In this document: positions 15,517 to 29,549 of the stretch, one piece after another | Layout: every line of letters begins with the position of its first letter | How positions within the stretch are numbered: the first letter of the stretch is position 1 | NCBI RefSeq assembly: GCF_963676685.1 | Contig: NC_092346.1 | Span: forward strand, 6,882,001 to 6,946,000 | DNA from: Mytilus edulis | Lineage: Eukaryota | DNA: 64,000 bases | Direction: 5' to 3' | The notes under the pieces: model-generated | Databases searched by the model: none | The model's input: only the letters and a program-made list of their open reading frames with translations | What the model was told of the DNA's origin: nothing | Position numbers and translations under genes: made by a program

Positions 15517-15717
15517 CACAGGGGTTTGTTACAATTGCCGGGTTTACTATCCATACGAACCCCTAAAAACACGTTTTTTTAGGGGTTCGTATGGATAGTA
15601 AACCCGGCAATTGTAACAAACCATTGCCGGGTTTACTATCCATACGAACCCCTAAAAACACGTTTTTTTAGGGGTTCGTATGGATAGTAAACCCGGCAAT
15701 TGTAACAAACCCCTGTG
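15517..15717. mobile_element. 201-bp double-hairpin MITE with 7-bp TSD (P-like)
   Basis: CACAGGGG...CCCCTGTG termini; TSD GCTGTAC at 15510-15516 and 15718-15724; two internal near-perfect palindromes. Confidence 0.75.
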
Positions 15718-15777
15718 GCTGTACGTTTTGATCTAATTATCGTGTATCGTGATTCTAGTGGTTAGTACTTCGCTTAA

Positions 15778-17636
15778 CCCTCTTTCTGCCGAGTTTTTTT
15801 CTGGCTTTGTCGCGCCAAAAGCATCTTGACGTTTCTTATCTGGGACGTTGCAAAACTTGTGCCTCTCTGTAGAACTGCGCTTTCCCGCCGTCCATAGTTT
15901 TTCCCGCGTCAATGTAGCCGTAATTATGAAAAGCGATGTATAAATTTTACGGAAGTTATTGCTCTAAGATTGTCATAAACGATGTTTTTAATAAAACATT
16001 ACTTAAAAATACAACTTTCAACCTTGGAATATATTTTTATTTATCTTGTCTTAAAATAAATTGAAAATAATATACCAACTGCTATACTAGCTTTGAAGGC
16101 GACACTTGTGGAAGGCGACTTTGTTTTATCTTTGTCAAGTGAAATGCATAAACGATTCTTAACCACCTATAAAATAGTAAAATATTTATTCTCGTTTTTT
16201 TAATTGGTAATTGATATATACTGAAAAAAAATCCTCTCAAATCATTATATAAACGGCAAAACAACGGCACCCAATGATAATGAAAATAAAAACAAAGCGT
16301 GTACAAATTAATAAAAATAAATCAAATCTCCGAGCAGCTGCTCTATGATTCTAGTAACTACTTCTTGTTGTAAAGTATCAAACTTGTCAGATTAAAATTA
16401 TCATGATTTCAATCCTTGTTTCGGTAGGCGAGGATATATTTTTTATATAAAATTTATTATCGATATTCATTTTGCTTATTATTAATCATGTTTATTATTC
16501 TTTTGTTGACCACTTATTGCTCAAAATTTTAGAGAATACGAATAAAAAAACATAGTAAAAACGAGGGAAGAAATTCTCTAAAATGAATTTCTATTGTCTA
16601 CAAGTGAATCTGAATCAATAATAATTCATTTTCATTTACTATGATAAGTACACACTGTAATTGACATACACGAAATATCTTTAAAATCTGTTAATTGATA
16701 AATTGTTCTCTTCTCAACGTTCAGTGGCAAGTATTTCATGCAATATTAAGGACGTCTGAAATTCAATATACAATAAATCTATTGCTCAGTGGGTCCTACA
16801 AAGTAAAAGACCTGTGGTGAATGTCAGAAAAAAAAAGGTTGCCACTGGGAAAGAATATCTATGATAGGAATAGAAATCATTGTGTCTACTATTAATTTAA
16901 CATCCCCATTTCGAATGAAAATTAAAAAAAATTAAGTCAGTGCTTCCATGATGAAACAGGTTTAAAATGTATTGAAATTTCGTATGGCAATATTATACAA
17001 GTACATCGGTTAACATGTGTGTACTTTTACAAAAACAAATCCTAACTGAGATTTCAATCGTTGTATTTGAGCCCTTAATAAATTATCCAGTTGTTTAAAT
17101 TTATAAAGCGTGTATATATATGGTGTATTGTGAATGAATATTAATATTTCGCGTAATCAAGTATAACAGTTACCTTTTTATGATTATTTAACAGGGATAA
17201 GATTTTTGATTTATATGAGATATTCTAGCTGCCAATCTGATGTACGAAAAAAACGTAAAACAAATTTCTTGAAAGAATGCAACATTTTACATGAAAATGA
17301 CGAACTAGATAATTAGTAAACACGTTAAAAAAGTTGGTATTATAGTACTTACAAGCTTATGATCCTGTATCATTTCTTGACATCCGTTTTAAGTATACTT
17401 TTAAAGCATTTTATTCAGTTTGCTTCATTCCCGCCAAAATCGCCCTTTTGACGGCGGCTTTTGACGTTGTCGGTACCCCTGAGTATTGTGACGTTACACT
17501 GGACCTTTGACGTTCTACACAATCAACAAGATTTGTGTGTAGAAGCCATAAATGTCCCTTTAGCACCTTTGACGTTCTACACAATCAACAAGATGTGTGT
17601 GTAGAAGCCATAAATGTCCCTTTGGCAGCAAGAGGG
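15778..17636. mobile_element. Non-autonomous piggyBac-type element (about 1.86 kb)
   Basis: TTAA|CCCTCTTTCTGCC ... GGCAGCAAGAGGG|TTCA; about 60-bp subterminal tandem duplication at 17503-17623. Confidence 0.7.
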
Positions 17637-17637
17637 T

Positions 17638-17850
17638 TCAGTTTCATTAGAATGGAGATAACAATATTGTATTTTAAGCTCCGACGGCATCAATTTTGGA
17701 TTTGATGGTCGCAAATACCCGTTTACTGTCTCCGCTAACGCGTCGCCAGTAAACTTAATTTGCGACCATCAAATCCCCAATTGATGCCGTCGGAGCTTAA
17801 AATACAATACAGTTATCTCCTAATTGTTATCTCCATTCTAATGAAACTGA
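17638..17850. repeat. Palindromic foldback/MITE-like element
   Basis: tcagtttcattagaatggagataacaat ... attgttatctccattctaatgaaactga, with inner arms gtattttaagctccgacggcatcaat / attgatgccgtcggagcttaaaatac. Confidence 0.7.
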
Positions 17851-19508
17851 CAGAAAACAACGTTAAAACATGTATTTAAAATCTGTCATATGCCGTCTGC
17901 GCTTGCGCGTACTTCCCATAGCATCAATTGTCAATTGATGCCATGTAAGAAAGTGACGTTATCCAATCAAATTGAACGTTACAAACGTTGTTGCATTAGA
18001 ATTTGACGTCGCCAGTGCCGAATTCTTTTAACGTCGTCTTTTTGGCGTTATTTTTTTCATATTGATTTATAAAGTAGTTTTTTCTACACGAACGGCATTC
18101 ACAAGGGCGGTGACCAGGAGAACATTTTGATAATTCTATATTGACTAATTAAAATCATTTTATACAAATTTGCATCTTGATGGACCAAGTAGATTCACAA
18201 ATGTAAAGTGTACTGATATTTTTTTCAAAATGCTGTTGAATTCGTGCAATTATAAAAAGATCGTTTTTAATTTAGAGAGAATTTATTTAAGTATTATGCG
18301 CCGCCTACAATTTTTTGCTACATATTTTCATATCATAACAGTTTTTAAAAAGATATTTTAGGGTATTTATGGGCGGATTTTTACCAAACCTTATGTTGAA
18401 AGATACGGAATTGCCGGATATACATTTGTTTATATGGTCATAATTTTATCTTTGATTGTTTTTATTTTCTACTGATGTGGACATCTATAATAATATTTTT
18501 GAACCAATTTTGGTAAAATATATGGCAAATTTCAGGATAAAAAATTAGTGTTTATATCTCCAGTAAAAGATAATTGTTCAATGATAAATATAACCTGATA
18601 AACAAATAGATATGTGATAACAAATAAATGTATTGGTTGATTGACATCCCATAAGAAATAACTTTATAAAATTTATTCAAAAAATGCAATATATAGCCCA
18701 AAGTTGTTCGTGAAAATATTCTTCTCGCCACTGTATGAAAGGGGTTCGTACATCATTTCTTCTAAAAGGTTAATAAAGCGTCAGTTATAATCGTTTTTTT
18801 TTTTATCCATGTTCAAGAACTTTTATTTTTTTATTTTGATATAACAATTACCGATACAAAAGGAGGCGAATAATGTCGGGATATTTTAGCCTCATATCAT
18901 TGTCCTGTGCTGTCTAAATACATGAACCATGCGAGCAGAAGCCTTTTTTTTTTATATCTCACATTTTTTTCTTGCATATAATGTGTAGGGATAAATTCAG
19001 AAGACTGGCTTGAATTTATCCCCGTCTCGACACGGGACTATTTACTTTATGAAGTATTATACATTTTGTAGATGTGATTACGTATTTTATGTTTGTTTTA
19101 ATTTATTGCGTCTTTTGATGTTGGCCTATATAAAAATAAATAACATGAAGGTCACGAAATTCCTTTTGTGTAAATTTCTGAAGAACCACATCCATTTCAA
19201 AAACCTAGCAAATACAAAACAGTATGAAAGGAAGTATTGCCCGTAACTATTATCTAAAATAATTTTAGTATTCATACTCCTTGTACTCCTCACCTGCAAA
19301 ACAACTTATATTATTTCTTAATTGTATATGTTACATCATTATCCGAATCAAAAGATAAAAATAGGTCCAGATTTTAAAGGCCTAAAAACCGCTGCTGGTT
19401 TTGTGTAACAAAATTGTGCCATTAGAGGGTGTCTCCTCTTATATATCTTTTCGTGTTCTCTTCTAAGTCTTCTAACGAATGCCAAAAAAATGGGTGATCA
19501 CTTTGGAT

Positions 19509-19968
19509 TTTTTAATATATCTTTATTGCAAAATTACACCCATGAGGGTCAAGCAATACAATGAAACAATAATTTTATACTATACAATGCAATACAATGA
19601 AATACAATGTAATACAATGAAATACAATGTATAAATACAAAATAATACAATACAATATATGGAATAAAAGAACATTAGAGTTCAATTATAAATGTATGTA
19701 AAAAACACCATCATAACCTTGCCTGACACGGGTCTGACTCCCTCAGTTCTAAAGACTGTTTAATGAAGACTCCAATATGACAAACAAGTTCAGGGATGGG
19801 GTTTAGAATGTGTTTAAGTTTATTGAATGCATCAAGATGCTGAAATAATGGTACATAGTCTTTTAGATAAGCAAAAAGATTAGAACGCAAAGATATGTTA
19901 ATGTCACAATACAAAAAGAAATGATATTCATCATCTAGGACTTCACATTTTTTACATAAAATGTGAAT
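19509..19968 (-). mobile_element. 3' fragment of a LINE with a C-terminal CCHC-type zinc motif
   Basis: LCKKCEVLDDEYHFFLYC...LR; (CAATA)n-like 3' UTR; AATAAA and an A-run at the 3' end on the minus strand. Confidence 0.65.
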
Positions 19969-22900
19969 CATCGCACAGATAAATAGAGAATTATTTTATC
20001 GACAAGATCCTTTTAAGTTAAATTACAAAAATGAATGCCAAACACTCGGAGAACATATTGTTCCATCAGTTTATTCTCCATAATTTGGTTTTGAATATTT
20101 CATGACCATGCAGTCTTTGGTTTCCCGTTTAGTGAAATTCAAATCCCTAGCTTTTAAATCCGGAAAAGTCCGACTTCAAATAAAAAAGACTGGTGCCTTT
20201 AAAATTTCAAGCTACTTACAGAGGGTGCATGCATGCATGCATGGCTAAAAAATACCAAAATAATGTCATGAACCTGTATGTTTAAATAAGGATCTGTAAA
20301 GGGTCTATATGGAATTCAATTAAGCTGATCCTAATATAGATGAATAGTCCCTGAGCAATATAGTCTCCTAGAAATCATATTGGATATAGAAATACAGAAC
20401 CCGTTACAAATATTTAAAGGTTAAAATTCGTTAATTTTCATTTTTTCCCTCTCAATTAAATGATTAATACTTATTTGTTATACACGAGTATGAATAAGCC
20501 AAATATAGTATTATGAATTAGGCCATTCATTTTCTCGATTAAATTGATTCCCATTTTACAATTCAGGGCCTTCTGTAGGCGATTAGTTGTACTGTTTTTT
20601 TTCTCATTGCTGAAGGCCGTACGGTTGCCTGCAAAATTGCTAACATCCACTTCATTTCAACGTTGTTTGATTGTTGTCTCATCATGTTCATTGGTAGTTA
20701 AACCAAATCCCCTTATTTTTATATTATAATTATAAGTATGAAATATTTGTCGCTGAACTAAATGACACGCAATTAATTAATCGTAAATTCAGTTTTAAAA
20801 TAGCTTTAGTTAAAATTTAAAATTAAATATTTCATAGATCAATTATGTGAAGCCGACTGAAAGTGTCCGTCAATAATGCACCATATATTATATAATGTTT
20901 AATAGTGACACGATTTCAGTCCTAAAATAAATGTTTATAAATGTTTCTCCTACGGGATTCAGACAAATAAAAGTCTTAAGTTTACGAAACGTATGTTTGT
21001 AAAAAAAATGAATAAACCCTTTCCACCTTCATAGCAGGAACTAAGCTAGCAATAATAAAGAACACTTTAACATCAAAAGGTGTAATTCCAATGGGCGAAA
21101 ACTAATAAATATGACATTTAGTTTATCAAATTAAAGTCAACTTGCAAGTATTTGTCGCTTATCAATCAAACACCATTTGGATAAAAGGAACTCAATTTAG
21201 ATAGGAAAATGTGAACATTGACAGTGTGTGTTTTATCGATCATTTAAGGTCAATTTTGTTTAGTTCCATGCTGAAAATTAGTGTTTTTCTAAATTTTCAT
21301 AACTCCAAATCTTACCATTCTTTTCAGTGTTAATAATCGAGTTTTCTTGTGCCATTATTCTGTCATGAGTGGACGGGCCGATTTCCTGTTTCGGACTGTC
21401 TTAGAGGATAAACACATAAACATTAATATTCGAACATACGTAATGTGCGAAACTTTATAAGTCATTTTTCAACACACAGTTTATCGAATTATGTAAGTCT
21501 AATAAGTAACGATGCAAAAAAAGCGTGACCCGACCCGGTTTTATTCAATTATCTTGTGTTTCCAGCTCTTATGTCAATCACTAAATTTCAGCACCAGTGT
21601 CATGTGCTTGCAAAGATCTGCAAATATAAAAACCAACGTTGCCGTTTGCCGCTGGTTAACGTGTTTTTTTGCCATAATTATAACGTCATAATGACGTCAT
21701 GGATATTACGTCATTGCTTCAAAATACACTAAGATGACCGATGGTCAACAATGTTATACAGGTTTAATTATTTACTGAAGTGAAGATTGCTAAATTTTGA
21801 TTTATAGTATAAACTATTGTTGAAACGACATATATGTCGCCTTGGCATCAAACCCCCAAACGACGTATATGTCGCTTTGGCATCAACACTAGAACGACAT
21901 ATGTGTCGCTTTGGCATTAAGAGGGTTAAAATTTCCATGTTTGATTTTCTCCCACACGAGAAATGTAGCATTCGTACATCAGCTGAATAATACGACTGAA
22001 TTATTCGGGTTACAATTTGTGTAAATCCCGAATGCACATAAAGTAAAGGTCAAGCCCGACTTTCGGAAAAGGACTGTTGTAGATTTCAGATTGATTTCCA
22101 GAAATAAAAATCATACAAAAATGTTTCACGCAAATATTCGTCTTCAGACGTGTAAAGTTATACAACAGTTACTAGCCGGTCTGGATTGTGATAAAAAGAA
22201 GCGCATGCAGTGCATAAAATATATAATGTCGTGGCTCAGGGATGTGTTGAATTATAGAGATGCTTATGCGGCACAAAGATAAGATTAATTTACCCAAATG
22301 TACTAACAATTACCACACAACTAAAATTTACTTAAATATTGAGTTGTTATCCTGTGCCAGACAGATGGCTGATATTCTGAGAAGAGACCTTAATGAAATG
22401 AAGTTTATGGGAACAAAGATTTTGAAAACACGTCGCAGTGTTTAGATTTTAACAAAAAGAAGGCACTAAGGTCGAAAATAGTTCTAGTTCATAATGAAGA
22501 AAATGTCAACCGTTTTCTAGCTAATTGGCGATCTCCGCATTCACCCGAATATAATAGACAAATACAATACAATAGTACACAAAACGTAACATAAAGAACT
22601 AAAGACCGAGCAACACGAACTCCAACAAAACAGTCTATATTTCATACAAGTATAGAACTATATGAAGCGTCGTAAGTATTGCAGCGACGTCAATAACGTT
22701 GTCGTTGTTTTGTTTTTTTTTACACTCAAGATTCAACTTTAACAGGGTATAGCTTGAAAAGTAGCACGGTTGCTAAGGACTTTCTTTGCACCAATCGATT
22801 CCTCAGACATTTTAGAATCGTCTCATAAATTTAAAAAAAAATCGATTGTCTAATATAATAGAAAATCTTGGAAATGTAACAATTCCTGCCGAATTTCACG

Positions 22901-23090
22901 ATTTTCCCTATATATCCTTTGTAATTTTGGTGTATGATGCTGTTAACTTCAACAGCTCGTATCTCAAAAACGAAAACGGTTACCACCTTTTTTTATTTTA
23001 TTTTCCGATTTATTTTTACAAGCAGAATCTACATGTAAAATTTAAAAAAAAATCTATTGTGTAGTTTTAATTACGTACACTTCGCCTTAA

Positions 23091-23154
23091 CCCTCTTGCT
23101 GCCAAAGGGACATTTATGGCTTCTACACAAGAAAAAAACTCGGCAGCAAGAGGG
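23091..23154. mobile_element. 64-bp minimal piggyBac-type element
   Basis: 13-bp TIRs CCCTCTTGCTGCC/GGCAGCAAGAGGG with TTAA on both sides; both halves match the ends of 15778-17636. Confidence 0.8.
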
Positions 23155-23351
23155 TTAAGGGTTAGTAATGAAAGGCGTTGTATTCATATCAAATTGTTTT
23201 CAAGTTATGCGACGTTGCGCACAAGGCAACGTTACGTAAACAATAGGCAACGTAAACAATAGGTAACGTTAGTGACGTTAGTTACTTAGTAAATGTACAG
23301 CGGCTAATACTTGACACTAATCATATATTTCGGTCTTCAGATAGGCCATTC

Positions 23352-25292
23352 AAAAACGAAAGTATTCCATTTTCAAGTTGGAATTTACATACGGAAGTTA
23401 AGTCAAACACCAGGACTCAAGGGATCAACATAGAGAAATCAAACTATGGAATCAAGTGGAAACCAACTGGTAGGAATTGACTAAATTGTAAAAGTGATTT
23501 TCACACAGTCACAGATCTCAATGTACAGGAAATGAAAAATATGACAACACTTAAAAAAGTACGTCTACTTGTGTACAGACATACATATTCACTTGTAAAA
23601 GTTTTAAAGCATGACATTCCTTTGTTCTGTTCCCATAGACATGTTAAAATGTACTAAATAAACAAACACATGAATTTTATCAAAAAAATCCTCTAAGTTA
23701 GGGAACTTAACCCTTCAATTTTAATTAGACTGCAAAAATTACAAATTTTTGGGTGTATATTGGTGTATATTGGTATCACGTCAGCATTCGGCGTTGTCAG
23801 CGTCGTCCCAAGACAGATGGGTTTCCGGATAATAACTTTAGTATAAGTAATTAGAAATCAATGAAAGGAGAAGGATCGGTAAGGGTCAATTTCGGCCTCA
23901 AATTTCAGGTTCATCTAACTAAAGATTTTGGACATTTTTTTTAACAATTAAGTGTCTTTCTCAATTGCTTCAATTAGTTTATTTGAACCATTTTAACTGA
24001 TTTAGTCATTTAAAACGATCCGATTCAAGCTTAATATGAAACATCTATCAAATATGCCAAAAACGTCAATTTTCGGATGTTTTTTTGGGGTCAAAAATGA
24101 AAGTGGCCGCATCCGTATTCATCCTCAACCTTTAAATATGTTATGTATTATCATCAAATACAACTTACATTTCAATATTATGAATGAGCACGAATGCGGC
24201 CACTTTCATTTACGACAGAAACCGTCTAAAATTTAACAAAATGCTAAAATTGTGAAGATTTCAGTAATTTATCATGACTTAATGATGCTAGAACCCGATA
24301 TATGGGCTATGTATTATCAAAAAAACGAAAGTATTCCATTTTCAAGTTGGAATTTACATACGGAAGTTAAGTCAAACACCAGGACTCAAGGGATCAACAT
24401 AGAGAAATCAAACTATGGAATCAAGTGGAAACCAACTGGTAGGAATTGACTAAATTGTAAAAGTGATTTTCACACAGTCACAGATCTCAATGTACAGGAA
24501 ATGAAAAATATGACAACACTTAAAAAAGTACGTCTACTTGTGTACAGACATACATATTCACTTGTAAAAGTTTTAAAGCATGACATTCCTTTGTTCTGTT
24601 CCCATAGACATGTTAAAATGTACTAAATAAACAAACACATGAATTTTATCAAAAAAATCCTCTAAGTTAGGGAACTTAACCCTTCAATTTTAATTAGACT
24701 GCAAAAATTACAAATTTTTGGGTGTATATTGGTGTATATTGGTATCACGTCAGCATTCGGCGTTGTCAGCGTCGTCCCAAGACAGATGGGTTTCCGGATA
24801 ATAACTTTAGTATAAGTAATTAGAAATCAATGAAAGGAGAAGGATCGGTAAGGGTCAATTTCGGCCTCAAATTTCAGGTTCATCTAACTAAAGATTTTGG
24901 ACATTTTTTTTAACAATTAAGTGTCTTTCTCAATTGCTTCAATTAGTTTATTTGAACCATTTTAACTGATTTAGTCATTTAAAACGATCCGATTCAAGCT
25001 TAATATGAAACATCTATCAAATATGCCAAAAACGTCAATTTTCGGATGTTTTTTTGGGGTCAAAAATGAAAGTGGCCGCATCCGTATTCATCCTCAACCT
25101 TTAAATATGTTATGTATTATCATCAAATACAACTTACATTTCAATATTATGAATGAGCACGAATGCGGCCACTTTCATTTACGACAGAAACCGTCTAAAA
25201 TTTAACAAAATGCTAAAATTGTGAAGATTTCAGTAATTTATCATGACTTAATGATGCTAGAACCCGATATATGGGCTATGTATTATCAAAAA
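23352..25292. repeat. Tandem duplication, 969-bp unit, apparently identical copies
   Basis: Identical ORFs at 24036 and 25005 (offset 969); CAAAAA at all three junctions. Confidence 0.9.
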
Positions 25293-25652
25293 CAGCCCAT
25301 ATTTATGTAGCAGAAGCATTCTACTTTCCAGTAAATAGCTAAAAGATTACATTTTCACAATTTTGTAAAACTGCTTTATTTGGGGGCCAAAAAGGGGTCT
25401 TACTGAACCTACTCCTTTTAACACAATGTTCATAACCACAAAAGGAAGGTTGGGATTGATTTTTGGAGGTTATGGTCCAAAGGGTTAAGAAATTAGGGGC
25501 CCAAAGGGGCCCACAACAAGCATTTATCTAGTTTCAGGCAATAAGTTGTTTATAAATATTTCAATTGTTCTGAAATTGTACCACAATGTTTAATACCATA
25601 AGATGAAGGTTGAGATTTATTTAAGGGTTATGGGACAAACAGTCTAGGAATA

Positions 25653-26362
25653 CTTTACGTTTTTAAGGCATTACACGATAAAGCACCTAAATATTTGAAA
25701 GAACTGATTGTACCATACGCTCCTATTAGAACACTTCGGTCAGAAAATGAAGGACTCATAACGAATCCAAGAGATGTCCGCACTAAAACATACGGTGAAA
25801 GACGATTCGACCGAGCTGGAGCTACATTGTGGAATGACCTACCAATTCATTTACGGAGAGAACAATCGCTTCCTCGTTTTAAAAAAGATTTGAAGACACA
25901 TATTTTTAGACTGGCGTACTGTGATGTGTAAGAAATGTGATAATTTATTATTATTCTAAAAAGTTTAAGTGATAGGATCTTTTTTATTTTTAACTTATTT
26001 AAATTTTTAGTTTTGACGATTTTATTGAATAGACAGTTTTATTTATCTTTTCATTGTGTTTTACTGGAATGTAAATACTTATAATTTTCATCATTATTCT
26101 TTTATTGACTGTTATATTTAATATGTTTTATGGTATTCATTGTGATATATATTTCCCCTGTCAATGCTCTTAATTTCCATCATTATTCTATTTAATTTCT
26201 GTTTTATTCTTATGTTCATATATATATAATTGCTATTATTGTATGCATTGTGATATATATTTTCCTTCAATTTTATATGTTAAGCGCTTAGAGTATTATG
26301 TTTATTAGATAGGCGCTATATAAAAGCTATGTAATGAATAAATAAATAAATAAATAAATAAA
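25653..26362 (+). mobile_element. 3' fragment of an L2-clade LINE with (AATA)n tail
   Basis: APKYLKELIVPYAPIRTLRS...TYGERRFDRAGATLWNDLP...FKKDLKTHIF; AT-rich 3' UTR ending in (aata)n. Confidence 0.8.
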
Positions 26363-29259
26363 GGGTCAAAGAGGGGCCAAAAACATACATTTTTCTAGTA
26401 TTCGGACAATAACTTGTGTGTAACTGTATGGATCTCTCTGACATTGTACCACAAGGTTCCATTTAACAAAGGGAAAGTTGGGATTTAGTTTGGGGTTAAT
26501 ATCCCGAAACATGTAGGAAAAACGGGCCTAAAAGAAGTTTACAGACAATAACTTATGTTTAAGTGTTTGGATCTATCTTTAACTATACTACACGGTTTCT
26601 TACTTCAAAGGAAAGGCTTGAATTGAGTATTGGGGTTCTTGCTCCAAGGGGGGTTTCAATAAGTTCGGCCTAAAAAGGGGCCCAAATAAGCATTTTTGAT
26701 TTTTCCAGGAGATAACTTGTGTTTAAGTGTATAAGTCTCTCTGAAATTATATCACAAGTTTCCATACTACAAAGGGATGGTTATGGGGGTTATGGCTCAA
26801 ATCATTTAGCAAATAGGGCAAAAAAAGGGGGAAACAAGGGTTTTCTGGTTAATGAACAATTTAGACAATTTAAAAGCAGTGAAACGGAGGTAATCGATTT
26901 CCATTTAAAGAATACTGTTAAATACATGTTTGATTATCTCCCTTACACTGCTTGAAAATAATGAATTAAGAAATGATGATTGTTTTGAGATGATTAGCTG
27001 TAATTTTTTCTTAGAAGTTACTCTTAATTAATATTAATTTTAACCATGACTATGTCATGTTATATTTTGATATTTTATGATGGATTTATGAGTAGTTATT
27101 GTTGCAAACTCCATAAGAAATTTGAATTGAGATTATTTTTGCAACATGGGAAAGGGGGATTTGAAAAAAATTGGAAAAGGGAGGTGTACAATTTTACTCA
27201 TTTCAGATTTCAGAAATTAAAAAGAAAATGTCTTCAAATATATTTTTTTTGAAGGGATTAATTAATATTCAACAGCACAGTGCATTGCTCAAAAGCAAAA
27301 CAATGTAAGCAATTATAGGCAACAAATATTCTGTTGAAGAAATTGCATTTGCCTCATATGGGGGAAAAAATAAAAAAAGAGGTAATTTAGCTTTGCTTAT
27401 TACTTGACATCTGTCGTGGTCCATTACTTTTTACAAAAACTTCTCCTCTGAAACAAAGTTGTCAAATTTACTTAAACTTGGCCACAATCATCACTGAGTT
27501 ATCAAATTTTAAACAGCTGCCAACTGACATTGCTAAAAATAAAAAATAGCCCTGGGTTAAATGCAAATTGTGTAAATTACATCATGTACCGTAGAAACCT
27601 TTCGAAATGGAGCATACCGGTATCTTATATCGGATCGTCTGTACATGCATGAAATATTTACCACTGGACGTTAAGCAACCATCGATCATCATTATCATCA
27701 ATCAATCATCTTCTTACATTGGCAAACATGTTTAGAATGTTGAGATCTGTACTAAATGCAAATTTACATCAAAATTGTCAAAAGAAATATTTATAGGAGT
27801 TATTTCCCGTAAATGATGAATTTAACTTTAATTTGTTTGGCTTGCCTTGACGGAGTCAACGGAGTCAAGAAGTGAGTCATAAGTTTGCTTAATTAATGAT
27901 TTATTGGAACCACTCGTTAGTGGTATGTAAATGTTATTTGGTATCCAGTGATATGAGCATTGACACCCCCTTTAGTCAGCAAGTCTATTCACTTTTAAAC
28001 TTTTGCTTAGTTTACATGTACCGGTATTAGTTTGTGATTAAGTCATTTTACGGGGAACCACTGGACTAATGGTAGGTCAATGATATTTGGTATGCAGTTG
28101 TATTAGCATTTGAACATCTAATTTCTGTATAGATTATTTGTACCTGCCCCCGTTAAAGTTTAAGTATTGCTATTCTATTTTCAACATTTATATTTTAATA
28201 TCAACATAACAAAAAGGCAAGACTTACATTTGTATCTCTTTGTGTTTGTGAACTGTTTATTTTCATTTTTGCCTAAAACTCATGATGAATAGAGAGAAAA
28301 TTTTGATCAGCAAAAATGATCTGACAGCAAGACAAGATCGCCAAATAAGTTAACACATGGCTGAAATCATTTGACGACACATTATTAGAGTAAACATGGT
28401 TAATGCTCTTCAATAATAATTTTACAATTATTTTTTTTTGTTTTTATTTAAAAGCTTATAAAATTTATAAAATAGATACATGAGGTTAGCAAAATGATCA
28501 CCAATACAAGATCTAAAAATGAGTCAAAATGGGATAAACAGTCTGATGGCTCCAACATCTGCAACTTTCAAGTAAGAAGCAGTTATTATACGCCGTCAAA
28601 ATGTTGACGGAACGTATTATGGTATACAAATGTCCTGCATCCGACTGTGTCTGTTTGTCTGTTTAGGAATTAGGGGCAAAAAAGGGGGTAAACAAGGGTG
28701 TCCTCACTGTCCTGGTTAATAGACAATTACTAAAGTATAAAACATAATTTAAAAGCAGTGTAATTTGATTTTAGCCATGATTATGAATATTATTTTCTAT
28801 TTTAAGACTTTTATGATGTATTTAAATGGGTTATTATTGCAAACTCCATTGGAAATTTGAATTGAGATTATGACCATATCTTAAGGGAAAGATTATTTTT
28901 TTGGAAAAAAGGTGGGGGGACAATTTGTTCTCAAGATTTCAGAAATTAAAAAGAAAATTTCTTCTATTTATATTTTTTTTGTTGATGAAAAAATGATTAT
29001 AAATTCAATTCACATAACCAATACAAGTTCTTTAAATGCAGTTATTTTGTGTCAGAAACCTTTTATGTGTCAAATACTTAATACCAATCCAAATTCAGAC
29101 CGGTATCAAGTATGAATACTGTGTCCATTTTTGCCCCAACTGTTCAGGGTTGGACCTCTGTTGTCAACTCCAGCTGCGCTTGGCGAAGCAATGTATTAGA
29201 TATTATCTACTTTTTAATAACTAAATGCACATACACACGATAAAGGAGATTTGAAAAAA

Positions 29260-29549
29260 TCAGTACAAATATTATACTGGTCAACAAGCATCCAATTGAC
29301 CTGTTTAGACTTTTTGTTTCATTTATATCTTATTTTGCAGTTAATATACCAGATATCATAGTATTTTCTTCATAACACTCCAGATTTAAGCAAACTTGAA
29401 TGTCATGTATTAGTGTCACATAGCAAATAACAATGATTTAGAAATTGTAGTAAAGATCTATTGCTTGATAGAATTCTGTTTAAAATTAGCAAAGGAACGA
29501 AGGAGACTTAAATATTGCATCTCTTTCTGTAGAGGAAGAAAACTATGCA
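29260..29549 (+). pseudogene. Degenerate duplicate of the upstream region and first codons of exon 1
   Basis: gcatctctttctgtagaggaagaaaactatg matches the exon 1 start (ATG is ATT here); aagcatccaattgacc and agaattctgt(t/c)taaaattag are shared with 30700-30960. Confidence 0.7.

Noticed and set aside
15517-15717. CACAG terminus as a Transib/RAG RSS-like end
   Set aside because: The sequence is CACAGGG, not CACAGTG; no nonamer; the best TSD is 7 bp rather than 5
24036-25205. Duplicated 66-aa ORFs as paralogous genes
   Set aside because: By-product of the tandem duplication of non-coding repeat DNA
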